Assembly (NCBI GenBank): GCA_958009085.1
Contig: OY253668.1
Location: 2,046,001 to 2,110,000, forward strand
Source of the DNA: Protoeuglena noctilucae
Lineage: Eukaryota
Length of the DNA: 64,000 nt
Direction of reading: 5' to 3'
Part shown: piece after piece, positions 48,880 to 62,048 of the stretch
Layout: each line of letters starts with the position of its first letter
How positions within the stretch are numbered: position 1 is the first letter of the stretch
Made by a program: the position numbers and the translations under genes
The notes under the pieces: generated by a model
What the model was told of the DNA's origin: nothing
The model's input: only the letters and a program-made list of their open reading frames with translations
Database searches by the model: none

Positions 48880-51189
48880 TCAGGCATGCAGCGCTGCGTC
48901 CGCCAAGTCCTGTGGCGCGGGCGTGTTGGCCACCTCGTTGAACTTCTGGCTCCCGTACTTCTTGTACACGGCCACGAGGTTGGCCCCGGGCGCCTTGGCC
49001 ATGAGCCGGGTCAGGTCCTGGGGGAAGGCGGGGCAGGGGCCGCTCGTGTGTCCACCCCACCCGGCATGCCAAGCATTGCATGAGCGAAAAGGATATCAAA
49101 CGCCCCGGGAGTCGCGACGCGTGTCCCACCTGGGCGCAGGGCAGCACCTCGGCCTCCGTGTGCCCCGAGTGGCGCTCGAGGGCGTAGGGGAGGCGGGGCG
49201 TGACGTGCATGGCGGCGTTGGCGACGTACATGGCCGCGCACGCCACCAGGGACGGCTGGTACTTGAGCATCGCGTAGTCCACCAGGGCCAGCTCCACCAG
49301 GTAGCCCGCGACCAGGCCCGTCTGCCGCTCCGCGTTGCTGGCCTGCGGGGGAGGGCGCGGGTGGGGGGTGTCGGGCGCGACGCTGGTTGGGTCACGCCGT
49401 GCGGCTGGGTGCCGGCGCAGCGGCCGTCACCTTGATGAAGCGGTGGAGGAAGGGGTAGATGGTGGGGACGGTGAGGTGGAAGGCAAGCTCGTTGAGCATC
49501 AGCTTCTCCATCTGCAGAATCTGCTCCTTGGTGTAGGCACGGTCCGAAATGTACACGAAGTCCTTGACCTCGGGCGCCCAGATCTCCTCGTACTGCGCGC
49601 AGGGACGCCGGCAGGCGTCTAGGACGGCGGGCGGCCGCCCTGGTTGCCCGGCGCTCCCCACGCGGATGGGCGGGCTGCCAGCACTGCCCGCCGTCGGCGG
49701 CGAAGGGGCCCGGCGCCGCGGCTCGCCTTGGACGCGATGAGCATGGCAGTGACGCCGACGAGCTGGAGGTTCTTGCGCGTGACCTGCTTCTTGGCCAGGT
49801 ACCGGTCGATGAGGTTGACGGTGAGGTAGAGGGTCTCGGGCATGAGCTTGAACTTCAGGTGCACCTCGACGAGCCAGTCGATGAGGATAGCGCGCATCTG
49901 CGGAGGGCGGGGGATCGGGGCGCGAGCGTCGCGACGCGTGGCCGGCAGGTGAGGGGCCGCCCGGGGCACGGGGCGTGGCGCGCGGGGCGTGCCTTCTCGT
50001 TGATGTCCGCCTGGGAGGTCATGTAGTCCGGGGCGACGTGGTAGCGGGACTGCACGCGCTTGTAATACGCGAAGATGTCCTGGACGTACTCGGTGGCCGC
50101 CAGGGGGTTGCTCTTGTCCTGGCTGTCGATGTCGGGGAGGGGGCTTGGGGGCGACACCACCGACGACCGCCGGCCTTCCTCGGCCCTGCGCAGGACCGGA
50201 GGTGGGACGGGTCGAGGCACGCGTGCCGGCGCGAGGGGCGGGGCGGCGCGCGAGCCCCAGCGCGAGGGCGCACCTCCGCTCGAGCACTTGGCTCCACGAC
50301 ATGGCGCTGTCCTCGGACTGCTGCGCGCTGTGGGCGGTGCTGCCATCGCGCTGCGTCCTCAGCCCGTTGACGCGCGACCGGGTCGCGTAGTGGTGGCCCT
50401 GCGAGCGCGGGAGGGGCCCAAGCCTTGCCCCGGCCCGCTGCGAGCCCCCAGGGGGGCGCCTGGGACCCCGCCTCCCAGCGCGCGGGAGGCTACGCAGACA
50501 TACGCGCTCGAGAAGCGCGTAGCGCGCGACGGCGGGGGCGAGAGGCGCTTCCCGCCCGGGAATACGAATTCCGACAGCTCCGAGTCCCGGCTTGTTAGCC
50601 GGCCCGGGGGCGCGGGGAAGGCGTCCCGCCATCGCCGAGCGGCAGTGAGGAGCGGTCAAAACACCATCGCGCAGAGCACCCTGGCTTCCGACGCGCCTCG
50701 GGCGCAGGGAGGGCGTCGCACCCCTCGGAGGGCCCCGCGCGTGGCGCCAGGCGCGCCCGCCCCACTCCGGGCGCGCCATCGGCTTCTGGGCACGGTTATC
50801 TACGCGAGGGCACTCACCGGCGCCTTAGAAGCGTCGGATGGCCGTGCCGGGGCCTTGCTCGCGAGTCGCCCTGCCCCCACGGGGTCCACCAGCTTGTTCG
50901 AGAAGTCCTGGAGTGGCCTGCGACCGTAATTCGACGCGGAGAGAGTCCTGCGGTACCCGCTTTGGCCGACAGCGCTGCGTGCGCGCTCCCCGGCGAGCCC
51001 GCCCCCGACCCCCAGTCAACAACCGAGACGGGGGCCGTCCTGGGCGGGCCCTCGAGGGCTTCCGCCGGCGCAACGCGCCGTTCACCTCCTCATGTTCCCG
51101 CTGACCCCCAGGACCCCGCCCATCTTCTTGGCGTTCGCGCCGAAGGACGTGTTCTCGTCCTGGACGCCCTGCCGTACGTGGGCGGCCAT
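48880..51189 (-). CDS. CYCB: B-type mitotic cyclin
   Basis: D-box RRPLQDFSN (across a splice junction); cyclin box [61 protein letters not shown]. Confidence 0.96.
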
Positions 51190-51405
51190 CGCGCGCGCTG
51201 TTTGGGACGAGGGGGCCTCCCTTCTTGCGAACCGGACGAGCGACGCGGCATCAGCGCGAGCGGAGGAGGCCCCGTCGCCCTCGGGCGCCCCGCCCCGGGG
51301 ATACCCTAGCTGCCAGAAGCGGTTTCCCGTCCCCCGCCCTCCTGCGCTGCGATGCGCCGCCAAATCGCTCCCTTTCCGTCTCCTGGTCGTAATCAAGCAG
51401 CAACC

Positions 51406-53524
51406 ATGGATGCTCCGGTCGCCCGCTCGGCAGGGACGACCATGTTCGGGGTGGCGTCGTCCTCTCGGCCGGCCGGGGTCGTCCACAGGACCCGCCCTCG
51501 ATATCCCGTGGCGATGCATCACTCCGGTGAGCCTCAGGCGCGCCCGGAGACCCCCCCTGTCGGCTGGCCCATCCCTTACAAATGAGAAGTCGGGGGATGG
51601 CCCGGATGGCCTCGCCCGTCCTCGGGGGCCTCGTACTCCTGTCTTGTTGTCGGGCGCCGTCGCCGTCTCGTCGCCAGACCGCGGCGCACCCCGCCCAAGC
51701 CCGGCCGAGCGCGAGAGCTGGATCGAACCCGCGGGCGGGGGCGACGGATGGGCAGACGGAGCAGACTTTTGCCATCGTTGCGTCGCAGGACGGGGGCATG
51801 CCGGACAGATCGGCGTGGGGGCCATGGCCAAGGACCGAAGGGCGGACAGCACTGCTTTTCTGAACGCCCCGGCGCTGAAGGAGCTGATGGGCGGCGCTAG
51901 GGAGGCGAGCGAGGAGGAGTCGCTCGCGACGCGGGAATGGGCACTGCGGGACGAGCCCGCGACCCGCGAGCGGGAGGCAGCCGAGGCACGGAACGGGCAC
52001 CGGCATGGGGCGCCGAGCGCGGAGGCCGCCGCGCCGGCCGCGCCCGCCTCAGCGCCGGCGGAGGAGCAGAGGGAGCCCTGCGGCAAGATCCTCGAGCCCT
52101 TCTCGACCGCACAGGAGGGGATGAACAAGTGGAAGGCGACGATGGAGTGCCCGGACGCGCAGAAGGGCGTCGTAGCGCCCGACGGGGCCGTCGTGGTGAG
52201 ACTTCGCGACGATTTGCTCCGCCCGGGTGGGGCGCGGCTGGCCCGGGCGACTCGCGCGACTCGGCCACCACCCGCGCACGTACAGGTTCCAGGGGATTGC
52301 CCGGAGGCGCTCGTCAGCCCGGCCATCAAGATCCACCGCCCGTCCGCGGGCTGGCTGCCGCAGCCCCACCACAAGTCCCCCACGGAGATTTGGGAAGTCA
52401 TCTGCTCCGAAGCCAAGCTCGAGTCGGAGCGCGAGCCTGCCCTGGCGAGTGGCACTGCACGCGCAAGCACGTCCTCTGCTGCGCTTCTGGTGTGCGCCCA
52501 CCAAGCCTTCGCCCCCTCGATCCCCCCAGGCCTCCTTCCTGTACGCGTCCATCCTGTCGCACAAGAGCCTCGAGCGGTCGATGGCCTTCGTGCTCGCCAA
52601 CAAGGTCGCCAGCCCCACCCTCCTGAGCGTCCACCTCCTCAAGCTCTTTAACGAGGCCTACGACAGCGACCCCGTCCTGGGAGAGTGCCTGCGGTGAGGG
52701 GGGCGCCTGCACGTACCTGCCCGCGCAGGGTGCCTGCGGGGTGGGACGCCACGGCATGTTAGCTGGTGGTTCTTGCAAGGAATGCCGCTCGTTGTCTACG
52801 TAGCGCCCCTCATATGCACTCGCTGACACGCCGCTCGCTGATGCCCTTTGACCCCCTTTGCTCCCGCAGTGCGGACATGGAGGCGGTGCGGGACCGTGAC
52901 CCCGCCTGCCAGAGCTACACGCAGACGATGCTCTTCTTCAAGGGCTTCCAGGCGGTGCAGGCCTACCGCATCACGCACCAGCTGTGGGTGCAGGGCCGGC
53001 GCTCGCTGGCCGTGGCCCTGCAGAACCGCATTTCAGAGATCTTCCACGTCGACATCCACCCCGCCGCGCGCGTGGGCCGCGGCATTCTCGTCGACCACGC
53101 CACGGGGGTCGTTATCGGGGAGACGGCCGTGGTGGGCGACAACGTGTCGATTCTCCACGGCGTCACCCTGGGGGGTTCAGGCACCGGCAAGGGAGTGCGG
53201 TGAGTGGGAGAGTAGGTGCAGAGCGCGACGAGCCGCGCCGCTGCTCGGCCAAGCGTGGTGGAAGCGACCGTCCGTGTCCGCCCCCGCAGCCACCCCCGCA
53301 TCGGCCACGGCGTGCTGCTGGGCGCCGGGGTCTGCGTGCTGGGCCCCGTCTCGGTCGGCGACGGCGCCAAGATCGGGGCCGGGTCGGTGGTGGTGACCAA
53401 CATCCCCGACCACTCGGTGGCAGTCGGGGTGCCGGCGCGCGTGGTGCGCGGGCCCAAGCCGTCCCAGGAGCCGGTCGCCGACATGGACCAGACGGAGGGG
53501 TACATCCTAGACTTTAGCATCTGA
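51406..53524 (+). CDS. SAT: Serine O-acetyltransferase (SAT/CysE) with long N-terminal extension / transit peptide; start 51352 or 51406
   Basis: [60 protein letters not shown]-terminal LDFSI. Confidence 0.96.
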
Positions 53525-53839
53525 GCGCCTCACTTCGACGGCAAGCGAGCCCTGCTTCCCGTTACGCGCTCCGCCCCTTTCTGCGCAATGAGTGCAGTCG
53601 CCGTTGCGCTGCATGCCAGGGCGCACGCCTGCTTGTTTCGACCAGCCAACTTCTCGGGTACCGTGTTTTTGGCACCAATATAGCGGCGGTCCAGCCAGTT
53701 CAATGCCTCGTGACGCGTTGCAAGGCCCAGGACGGGTGTTGGGGCCTCGCCACTAAGAGACCTGGCTGGCCACCATCCCTGGGAGCATTAGGGCGTTCTC
53801 GCGCAACAACGCTCGGGGACGAGGCGAATCTAGGGGTAA

Positions 53840-54305
53840 TTACGCGTACTGCTCACGCATCTCCTCGACCTTCATGATATACTCCTCCATGGCCTGGTCC
53901 TGGCTCTTGCCCTGCAAGTTGTTCACAGGTAAGAAGACCGTTCGATGCAAAGAGGCCCCCCGTGGCCAACTGTGTCGCAGCGGGGCAGCACATGCTTACG
54001 CCGCACCTTCTGCGCGTTCCACGCGTCCCACTTGGCGCGGCCCGTGGGATCGAAAATCCCCGGCTTGTCGATGTTGCAGTCGCCAACCTGCAGTCCATCC
54101 GCACGCGTCCGCTCGTCGATGGCAGCGCGCGCTGTGGATCGCCCACTCTACCGGCCCTCGGGGGTTGCTCCTCGGGAAAGATCCTCGCCCTCACCGTCGC
54201 CTGCTTGAAGAGACCGTACAGCGCGAGCTTGTCCTCGTTGGAGACGTTCGACGGCAGCGTCTTGGCCGCGGCCGCGGCAGCCTCGAAGTCCTCCTTCAAA
54301 CCCAT
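53840..54305 (-). CDS. ACBP: Acyl-CoA-binding protein
   Basis: [61 protein letters not shown]. Confidence 0.97.
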
Positions 54306-54498
54306 GCTGTTTATGCTGAATGCAACGCGAGGAGTCCGGGACGAGGTGCAGGTGGGGGGATTGAATCACAGGGATGCGAGCATCGCTGCGATGTATCGTT
54401 GTTGGGGCGAAAACCAACGTCGAGCCTGAGCGCTGTGCCGGAAGTGTGTTTCCAGTCCGTTTCAACCATGCTCATCGCGTTCCCAAGCAAGCAGATCT

Positions 54499-57400
54499 CT
54501 ACTGGCGCAAAGACGCGACGGGCCCCACGCGCTGCGCCCGCGGCGGCACTGCGCCCCGGCTGGCGCTGCGCCCCGATGCGGCCGAGTCGGGCCGCGAGGC
54601 CCGGCTGCTCCCCGGGAGCCTGAGCCCCGTGATGTCGACTTGCTCTTGGATCCCCGCCCTCGGGTACTGCATGGCCAGCCCCTTGAGCTCCAGCAGGATG
54701 GCGCGGTTCACCTCCCGCATGTCCGTCAAAGCGATGTCCATCTCCAGGGGCGTGTCCCCCTCCGACACCTGCGTGGGGAACGAGAGTGAATGAAGGCGCC
54801 TGCAGCCGTGCCGTGGCGGAGACCAGCAGCTTGCGCTTAGCAACTTGCGCTGCCACGTCGCGCACAACCATCGCTCGCGTCGCCCCCGCACCTGGATCCC
54901 GGCCTTGGACCTGAGGTCGGCCCTCAGCCTCTGCAGCCTCCTCTCCGCGCGCCCGATCTTCTCGCCCTGGTCGTGCACCGTGGCGTCCGCGTCGGCCTTC
55001 TCCCTCCCCATGGCCCCGATCAACGCATTCAGCCGCTGCTCCTCCGCCTGTAAGGAAGCCAGGCCCTCCTCGCCCTGCTCCACCTCCCGACGCACGCCGC
55101 GCTCCGTGGCCCGCTTGACCTTGAGCTTGTCATAGGCCTTGTCCAGGCGCTCCCTGCGTGCGGGCGACGGGCACCGCCACAGGTGGGAGCGAGAGGACGT
55201 GCGCGAGGGCACATTGCAAGTGGCCCATAGTAAGTGCCTGCTTGATTCCCTCTGCTCCAATGATCCAGACGCACGCTTTTCGATCTCAAACGTTGAACCT
55301 CAGCGCCTGCCACAGTCCCTGTGACACCCTCACCTCAGCACATGCCACGCCCTCACCTCAGCGCATGCCGCACACCTCACAGTCCCATCCACTCCCTCAC
55401 CTCAGCGCCTGCTTCTCCGCCGCCGCCGAGTCGTGGTCCACGTGTCGGAAGGAGCCCCGGTACCCGTTGTTGGTGTCGTTCAGGCGCGCGAGGGTCGCCT
55501 CCAGGGCACGGACCTCCTTCTCCGCCTTGCGGATCTGAGACGATGAGAAGGGAGATGAATGGTGCATGACTCACAAACGAGGTAAGCGAGAACAGACGTG
55601 GTTTGGACGGGCGACGATCGACTCTGCCCCTCCTCGCATGCGACATATGCACCTCCGCTCGCCCGGCGTGTGACGGCATCGACTGCCATCCCCCACCCCA
55701 TGGGGACCCTCGCCCACCTTGGCGTCCAGCTGGTCCCCCTCCCTCTGCAGCTCCTCCCTCTCCTGCGCCGCCTTGATCACGTAGTACGCCTGCGTGTGCT
55801 CCTCCCCGTCCTCCCCCGTGGCCCTCGACTTGGCCACCACCACCGCGTACTTGGCCTCTAAACGCTGTACCTTCAGCTCCCGCTCCTTCAGCTCCAACGT
55901 CAGCCGGTGCACGTCCTCCGACACCATCTGCGGGACCGACCGAGAGAGGCAGCTGGGGGTAACGTGGTGGTGCGGACCGACCAACGCGCCCCCGTGTCTA
56001 CATGCGTGTGTACCCCTCGCGTGCCTCCCCTCACCTGCAGCTCCCTTCACAACATCTCCCATCACCTCTTCTCCCCTCACCTTGAGTTCCCCCCTCCGCG
56101 TCTCCTGGTGCACCTGCACCTCCTGCCTCCTCTCCTCCAGCGACAGCTGCAGCTGCTGCCGCCGGTTCTCCAGCGAGTACACCTCGTCCGCGCGCAGGCT
56201 CAGCGCGTCCTGCAGCTTCTTGACCTCCAAACGCATCACGTCGTGTGCCACCATGCGCTCCTCCTTGTCACGCACTGCCGCCTTCACCGCGCGACCCGTC
56301 TCGGATATCTCCAAGAGCATCGCGCCCAGCGTCGAGTCCAGGCCGTCGCTCTCCCGCTCCAGCGACGCGTGGCGACGGCGGGCGCGCTGCAGGTCGTCCT
56401 CGGCGCGCTTGACCTGCCCCGTCAGCATCATGTGCTCGGCGTTCACTGCGAGAAGGTAGCGCCAGGCGAGGCAATGATGGCAGCAGAAGGCGGAAAGGTG
56501 ATGAGGCATAGCACGAGGGTGCGGGCATCTCGCTTCCCACCACCCACCCCACCACGCACCCCATCACCTTCCTCACTCATCTACCCCACCACGCACCCCA
56601 TCCCCCTTTCACTCACCCGCCTCCAGCTCCGTCGTCAGCTTCCCGATGCGCTCGTTCAGCACCCGCTTCTCCTCGTCCGTCCGCTCCCCCTGGGCCCTCC
56701 CGACCTTGCGCTCCATCATCTGGACCTGGAAGTCGGCGTTGTAGAGCAGCTCCTCCTGCTTCATCACCTGGCCGTCCAGGCCGCGGATCTTGCTCTGTGG
56801 CGATGGCAGGGGCACGCGTGGGGCGGGGGCATGCCATGGAACACGACGTGTGCGAAGCATGGCACGTGTGGAGCAAGGCACGATTGCCGCCCAGCGACAC
56901 CAGGCCCACCGCTCGTGCCGATCCATCCCCCTCACCTGCAGGTTCCTGCTCTGCCCCTGGCCCCCCGTGATCTCTGCAATCAGGTCCCTCTCCTTTCTCC
57001 TCAGCTCCCCCAGCGCCTCCGACCGCCGGAAGATGTGGTCCTTCAGCACCTGCACCTCGCGCTGCACGTCTGACAGCCGCTGCTCCTCCTGGGACTGGAG
57101 GGCGTCCAGCTGGGCCGCGCGGGAGTCCAGAGAAGAAAGCAGGGCCACCTTATCGTTCAACTCCGCGGACTGGGGGGGAGGGAGAGTAGCCGTGGTGTCG
57201 TCACCGTCATCGCACTGCCCAGCGATGGGACAGATGGAGTGCCAGGGGTCCCCCGCCCTCACCCTCTGCTCGTACTTCTCCACCAGCCGCCGCAGCTTGT
57301 CCTCTTTGTCCCCCAGTGCTGCACGCAGCGTGCCGTTCTCTGCCCGCCGCTGCTGCAGGTCCCCCCGCACGCGCAGGATCGTGTTGCGCAGCACCGTCAG

Positions 57401-59109
57401 CTCGTCCTCGAGCTCCCCCTCCTTCCCCACCTCCGCGGCGTGTGCCTCCCTGCGAGATAAGCGACAGAGATGGTCGGCGGGACTGGCACGCCCAGTCAGG
57501 GGAGCGTGCTTGCCGTGCTCGCCCCCTCACCGCAGCCCCGCCACCTCCCGATCCGCCAGCGCAATCTGCGCGTCCATCTCCCGGTTATTCGCCACCTCCT
57601 GCTCTAGGAACTTCTCCTGCTGTGCCAGCTCCGTCTGCACCTCCCGCAAACGTGCCTTGCGCGACGCAAACTGCTCCGACGCGTCCTGGATGGCCTGCAC
57701 GCGAAACAGGAGAGCGCCGCCGCATGTTCGAATCCATCATTTTCAACGCATCGGCGTCCGCGGGGAGCCAGGCGCCCGGCCGCGTCGCAGTGCCTTGCCT
57801 GGTCTCGCTGCCGGACCGTGTCCAGCGCGGCCTCCCACTGCCGCACGAGCTCCTGCCGGTCCGCATGCAGCTGACGGAAGTCCTCCGCCGTCTTGTCCAG
57901 CTGAATCTGAACCCCCTGCGTCTCCGTGACCTCCGCCTCGAGCGCGCCCGACGCCTCGGCCACCTGCCGTGTCACTTTCTCGATCGCCAGGCCGAGGTCG
58001 CGGACCTTCCCGTCATCCTGCTTCGTATACTGCGAACACAGAACCGACAGAAGGCTCCGCATCGCCTGGAAACGGCTTCGCGCGGGCAGGCGAAGGCGGA
58101 AAAGCGTCGCGAGGACAGGCGGGACGGCACGACGGCCCGGCGCGGCCACGCGCCTTCTCCAGCACGGCGTTGTCCTCTTCCTTTTGCCGGGACGCCATCG
58201 CCCACTGCTCCAGCTCCTCCTGGTTCCAGTTCATCTGCAACTTGAACTGGTCCATGCGCTCCGTGCCGCGCTGGATCTCGCTCTGCGCCGTCGTGGCCCT
58301 GCGAATGACGCAAAACGTACCAACGCTTGCGACGGGCAGGTGCGGGGATGCAGACGGCGCGCATGCGACCCGGCGCGGCGTGGCATCCCTGCGAGGCGCT
58401 GTGCAGACCCGCGCCGTCCCGACACAACGGGGGCGCCGCAGTCCCGTGCTGCAAGCGACGCGACATTATAGCGGCATCACTTGGTGGAGTACGCACCGGC
58501 GGTACAGGTCCTCCTGCTCCTTCTGCAAGCGATTGATGTCGACCTCCATGCGGCCCACCTCCCGCTGCGACAGCGCCTTCAAATGCCTCTCCGTGTCGAC
58601 CTCCTTCCGCTTTGTCTCCACGCGCGCCTGAGGACGTGGCGGTGTGTTCGAGAGATCACAGGACGCCCCGCGTGGACGCTCCTTCCGAGCAGGGGAGGCC
58701 GCCCGCGCGAGCTGCGGGCCGGCCCTCGGGGCGCGCCTCGCCTGGGTGTACTGAATTTCCGATTGCACGTTCTTCAGGTGGTCCGACATGATATTGATGC
58801 GGTCCTTGTTCTCGTCCAAAGCGAGCCCTGGGGAACGCCGCGGACAGGAGCAGCTTGCGGGTCTTTCTCGGCCCGACAGTCCCCTCGGGATGAATTAGAG
58901 GATTTATGTGTCCTGATAGTGCCCCTAACAGCGGCGCACGACAGCTCTTCGCGCAGCCAGGCTCGCCCACCTGTCTGTTCAAGCTGCTTCTCCATATGGC
59001 GGACTTGCTCATTGAGTCGCTTGTTCTCCTCGTTCGCGAAGGGCGGGAGGAAGTTGTCCTCGGTCTCCGGGTCCGGCCCGGAGGCCGGAGGGCCTTGCTC
59101 TGGCTGCAT
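54499..59109 (-). CDS. CCDC39: Coiled-coil domain-containing protein 39 (FAP59, axonemal 96-nm ruler)
   Basis: LPPFANEENKRL, FKLQMNWNQEELEQW..RQKEEDN, LDKTAEDFRQLH, LLYNADFQVQMMERKV, QAYYVIKAAQEREELQREGDQLDAK. Confidence 0.95.
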
Positions 59110-59500
59110 GGCTCACTCCCAAGACATGTAGCGCGAGCGTCAATACTCCACTCGCTCGCTCAGGGCTGCCGCCAACGGAGCGGCGTCCCAGGTTTACGAC
59201 AGAGCGCGGCCAGTGGCGCAGGGAAGGAGGGCCAGTACCTCTGGCAGGCCACTGGCGTCTGCTGCTCATCACGAAGGAGGGAACACGGCCAGGGGGACGT
59301 GGCACCTTGCGAGGATTTGAAATGCACCCGTGCTCCACTGAAGAGAAGAAGCGCAGGACTGCACGCGAGACGCTGCTGGCACTGTGAACAAGGAGCGGGC
59401 ATTAAACCTGCCTGGCCACTACGCATTTCCATCGCTCTCGGCAGCGGCACGCGCTGTTAGGAAGGAGGCGGCCGGCGTGCCGGGCGGGCCGGGGAATTAC

Positions 59501-61871
59501 ATGGCGGGAACGTGAGAGGCGGCTGGACCGTAGGCTGCGAAATTTGCATCCGTCTCGATGCTTCCGGGTCCGACAGAGTGCGAGCCATATGCGACCTTAG
59601 TGATGAACGACCAAAACGCGCCGCTCCCCGCGATACTGCAGTGTGGACGCGCTAGAGGCTGGACTTCGGCATGGTGACGCCCCTGGCCCGGTGCCGCGTT
59701 CTCGTCCCGAATGGGACGGGGATGATGTTCGGGCCCGTAGTCGTGCCAGTGTCATCGACTGGATAGCTGGCGCAGGGGCCAAGCGGTCACGGTGGGGCAC
59801 CCAGGCCACCCTGACCCACCTGGGCGTCGTGGCGACGACAGCAGTGGTCCTGGCCGTCTGCGCGCAAGGGGGTGGCATGGATGTGGACCTCATGCACGGC
59901 CCTGCGCACCGACGGGTGATGGGAGCGGCTTCGCCCACTCCTGGCGCCAAGAAGAAGGACTCATGGGTGAGGCAGCCAGCATCGGTATGCCGTGTGCTCC
60001 CTCCATACACCCCGCCGTGCGTTGCGTCGCATGTGTCCTGCCAGCTGCCCATCCCCCGCAGTGGGTGTACCTCCTCATCCCCATCGTCAGCGGCCTCGTC
60101 GGGTGGTTCACCAACTGGCTGGCCATCGTCATGACCTTCTATCCCATTGAAGTGAGGGTCGCATGTTCCGCAGCTGGCACTGGCTCAACGGGGCTGGCTG
60201 AGCCAAGAGTCCCGCACACGACACGTCGCGCTTTCGCTGCAGTTCTCGCCGTGGAAGGTATGGCAGGTTGACGGGTCGCCCTTCGGTCTGTTCGGCTGGC
60301 AGGGCATCATCCCCGCCAAGGCCGTCAAGATGACCACGAAGCTCACAGTCCTGTGCCGGGACAAGCTAGTGAGCGGGGATGGCGGGGGTGTGAGGGGCGG
60401 CATGATGCCGCGCGTGGCCTCGCTAGTACATCGACGCCCACCGAGGCACGCAGATCGACATGAAGGAGGTATTTGCGCGTCTGGACCCGGTCAAGATGGC
60501 GGAGCTTATGCTCCCCAAGATGCGCGTGGCCACCAGGGTGAGCATGCACGTCACTCAGCACCGGGTTGCGATCGTTGGGCTGGCTGCACCTGCCAGGGTC
60601 AGCCACGCAGTCGTCACCTGTGCCTGCCCCTTGCTGCCTTCCCCGCAGCGTGCCCTGGAGGAGTCCTTGAGCCAGGAGATGCCGGCGCTGTGGGGCTCGC
60701 TGCCCGGGGCGGTGAAGGAGGAGATTGCGCAGTTCGCGGGCAAGGACGCGGCGCACTTTGTGCGGATGCTGATTGAGGAGATCGGGGGCAGGCTGTACGA
60801 CGTATTCGACATCCTCAACCTGACCGTCACCAAGGCGAGGGTCCTGACGCGTGGTGGGCGCGGCCTGCATATCACGCGCCATGCCACCTTCGAGGGCGCC
60901 CGCCCGCCCCCCTCCCCGCAGACCCGGGCCAACAAGCAGATCGTGGTGCACATGTTCCAGGAGGTGGGCAAGAAGGAGTTCCGCTTCCTCATCCATTCGG
61001 GCCTCTTCTTCGGCGCCCTCCTGGGCGTGCCCCAGGCTGTCGTGTACCTCTACTACAAGGGCAATTGGGTGCTGCCCGTCGCCGGGTTCCTCGTCGGCTA
61101 CCTCACCAACTGGATCGCCCTCGTCCTCATCTTCAACCCCGTCCGCCCCGTCCGGCTCCTGGGCGGGCGCGTCGTGCTGCAAGGGGTCTTCCTGGCGCGG
61201 CAGAGAGAGGCCGCGGCCAAGCTCGCCGAGCTCTCGGCCTTCTACTTTTTCAAGCCCCAGGACGTCTGGGCGGAGATCCTGAACGGGGCGTTCCGAGAGA
61301 ACATGGACAGGCTGCTGGAAGAAGTCACGGGTGAGGGGGCGGCATGGGGCGGGACTGGGCAGCCAGGGTGCGTGGGTGGGTGGCGGTGCGCTGCACCGCC
61401 TGCAATCCCCGCGCCCTCCTCCCGCCCAGAGCGCTTCATTGCCCGCCACGTGGTCGGCAGGGTCGGCGGCACGGCTGCGGCGTGGGTGCTGGGCAGGGAT
61501 GCCCTCCGCAGGGTCCAGGAGCACGCGGCGCACGTGGCGAGGGAGGAGCTGCCGGCCATCCTGCCCCTGGGCTACGACTACATGGAGCAGGCCATGGGGG
61601 CCGAGGAGACCCTGCGCATCAGCCTGCAGGTGCGCTGATGCCCAGTGCAGCCGGCCTCCGTCCGCTGCGTCGCTCGCGTGCACGCATCAGCACCCGCCCT
61701 CTTGTCTGAGCCCTCCTCCCCCGCCCTCAGAATCTCCCCCCGGAGGAGTTCGAGGGCGTCCTGCACCCGGTGTTCAAGGAGGACGAGATCAAACTCATCC
61801 TCGTGGGGGGCGTACTGGGAGCGGTCGCAGGAGCCCTGCAAGTGCTGCTCTTCATCCACGTGGCCTTCTGA
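59501..61871 (+). CDS. DUF445 (YheB/UPF0754-like) membrane protein
   Basis: LIPIVSGLVGWFTNWLAIVMTFYP, GWQGIIPAKA, second repeat FLVGYLTNWIALVLIFNP, EFEGVLHPVFKEDEIKLILVGGVLG. Confidence 0.88.
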
Positions 61872-62048
61872 TGCACCGCCGCGGACGAGCGACGTCGTTG
61901 TTGAAGCTTGCAGCGACACATCGGCGACGCATCATGCCTTTACCGCGACTTGCAGCGACACGTCCAGTCAGCCTGCTGATGATCGGGCGTGATCCGCCCG
62001 CGAGAGCCCGCATCTGCATGCTTGCGTATCTGCAAAAAAACGCGCGGC

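Noticed and set aside
60343..61683. 446-aa minus-strand ORF (and similar long antisense ORFs elsewhere)
   Set aside because: Antisense to a well-supported gene; expected from high GC3 codon bias.
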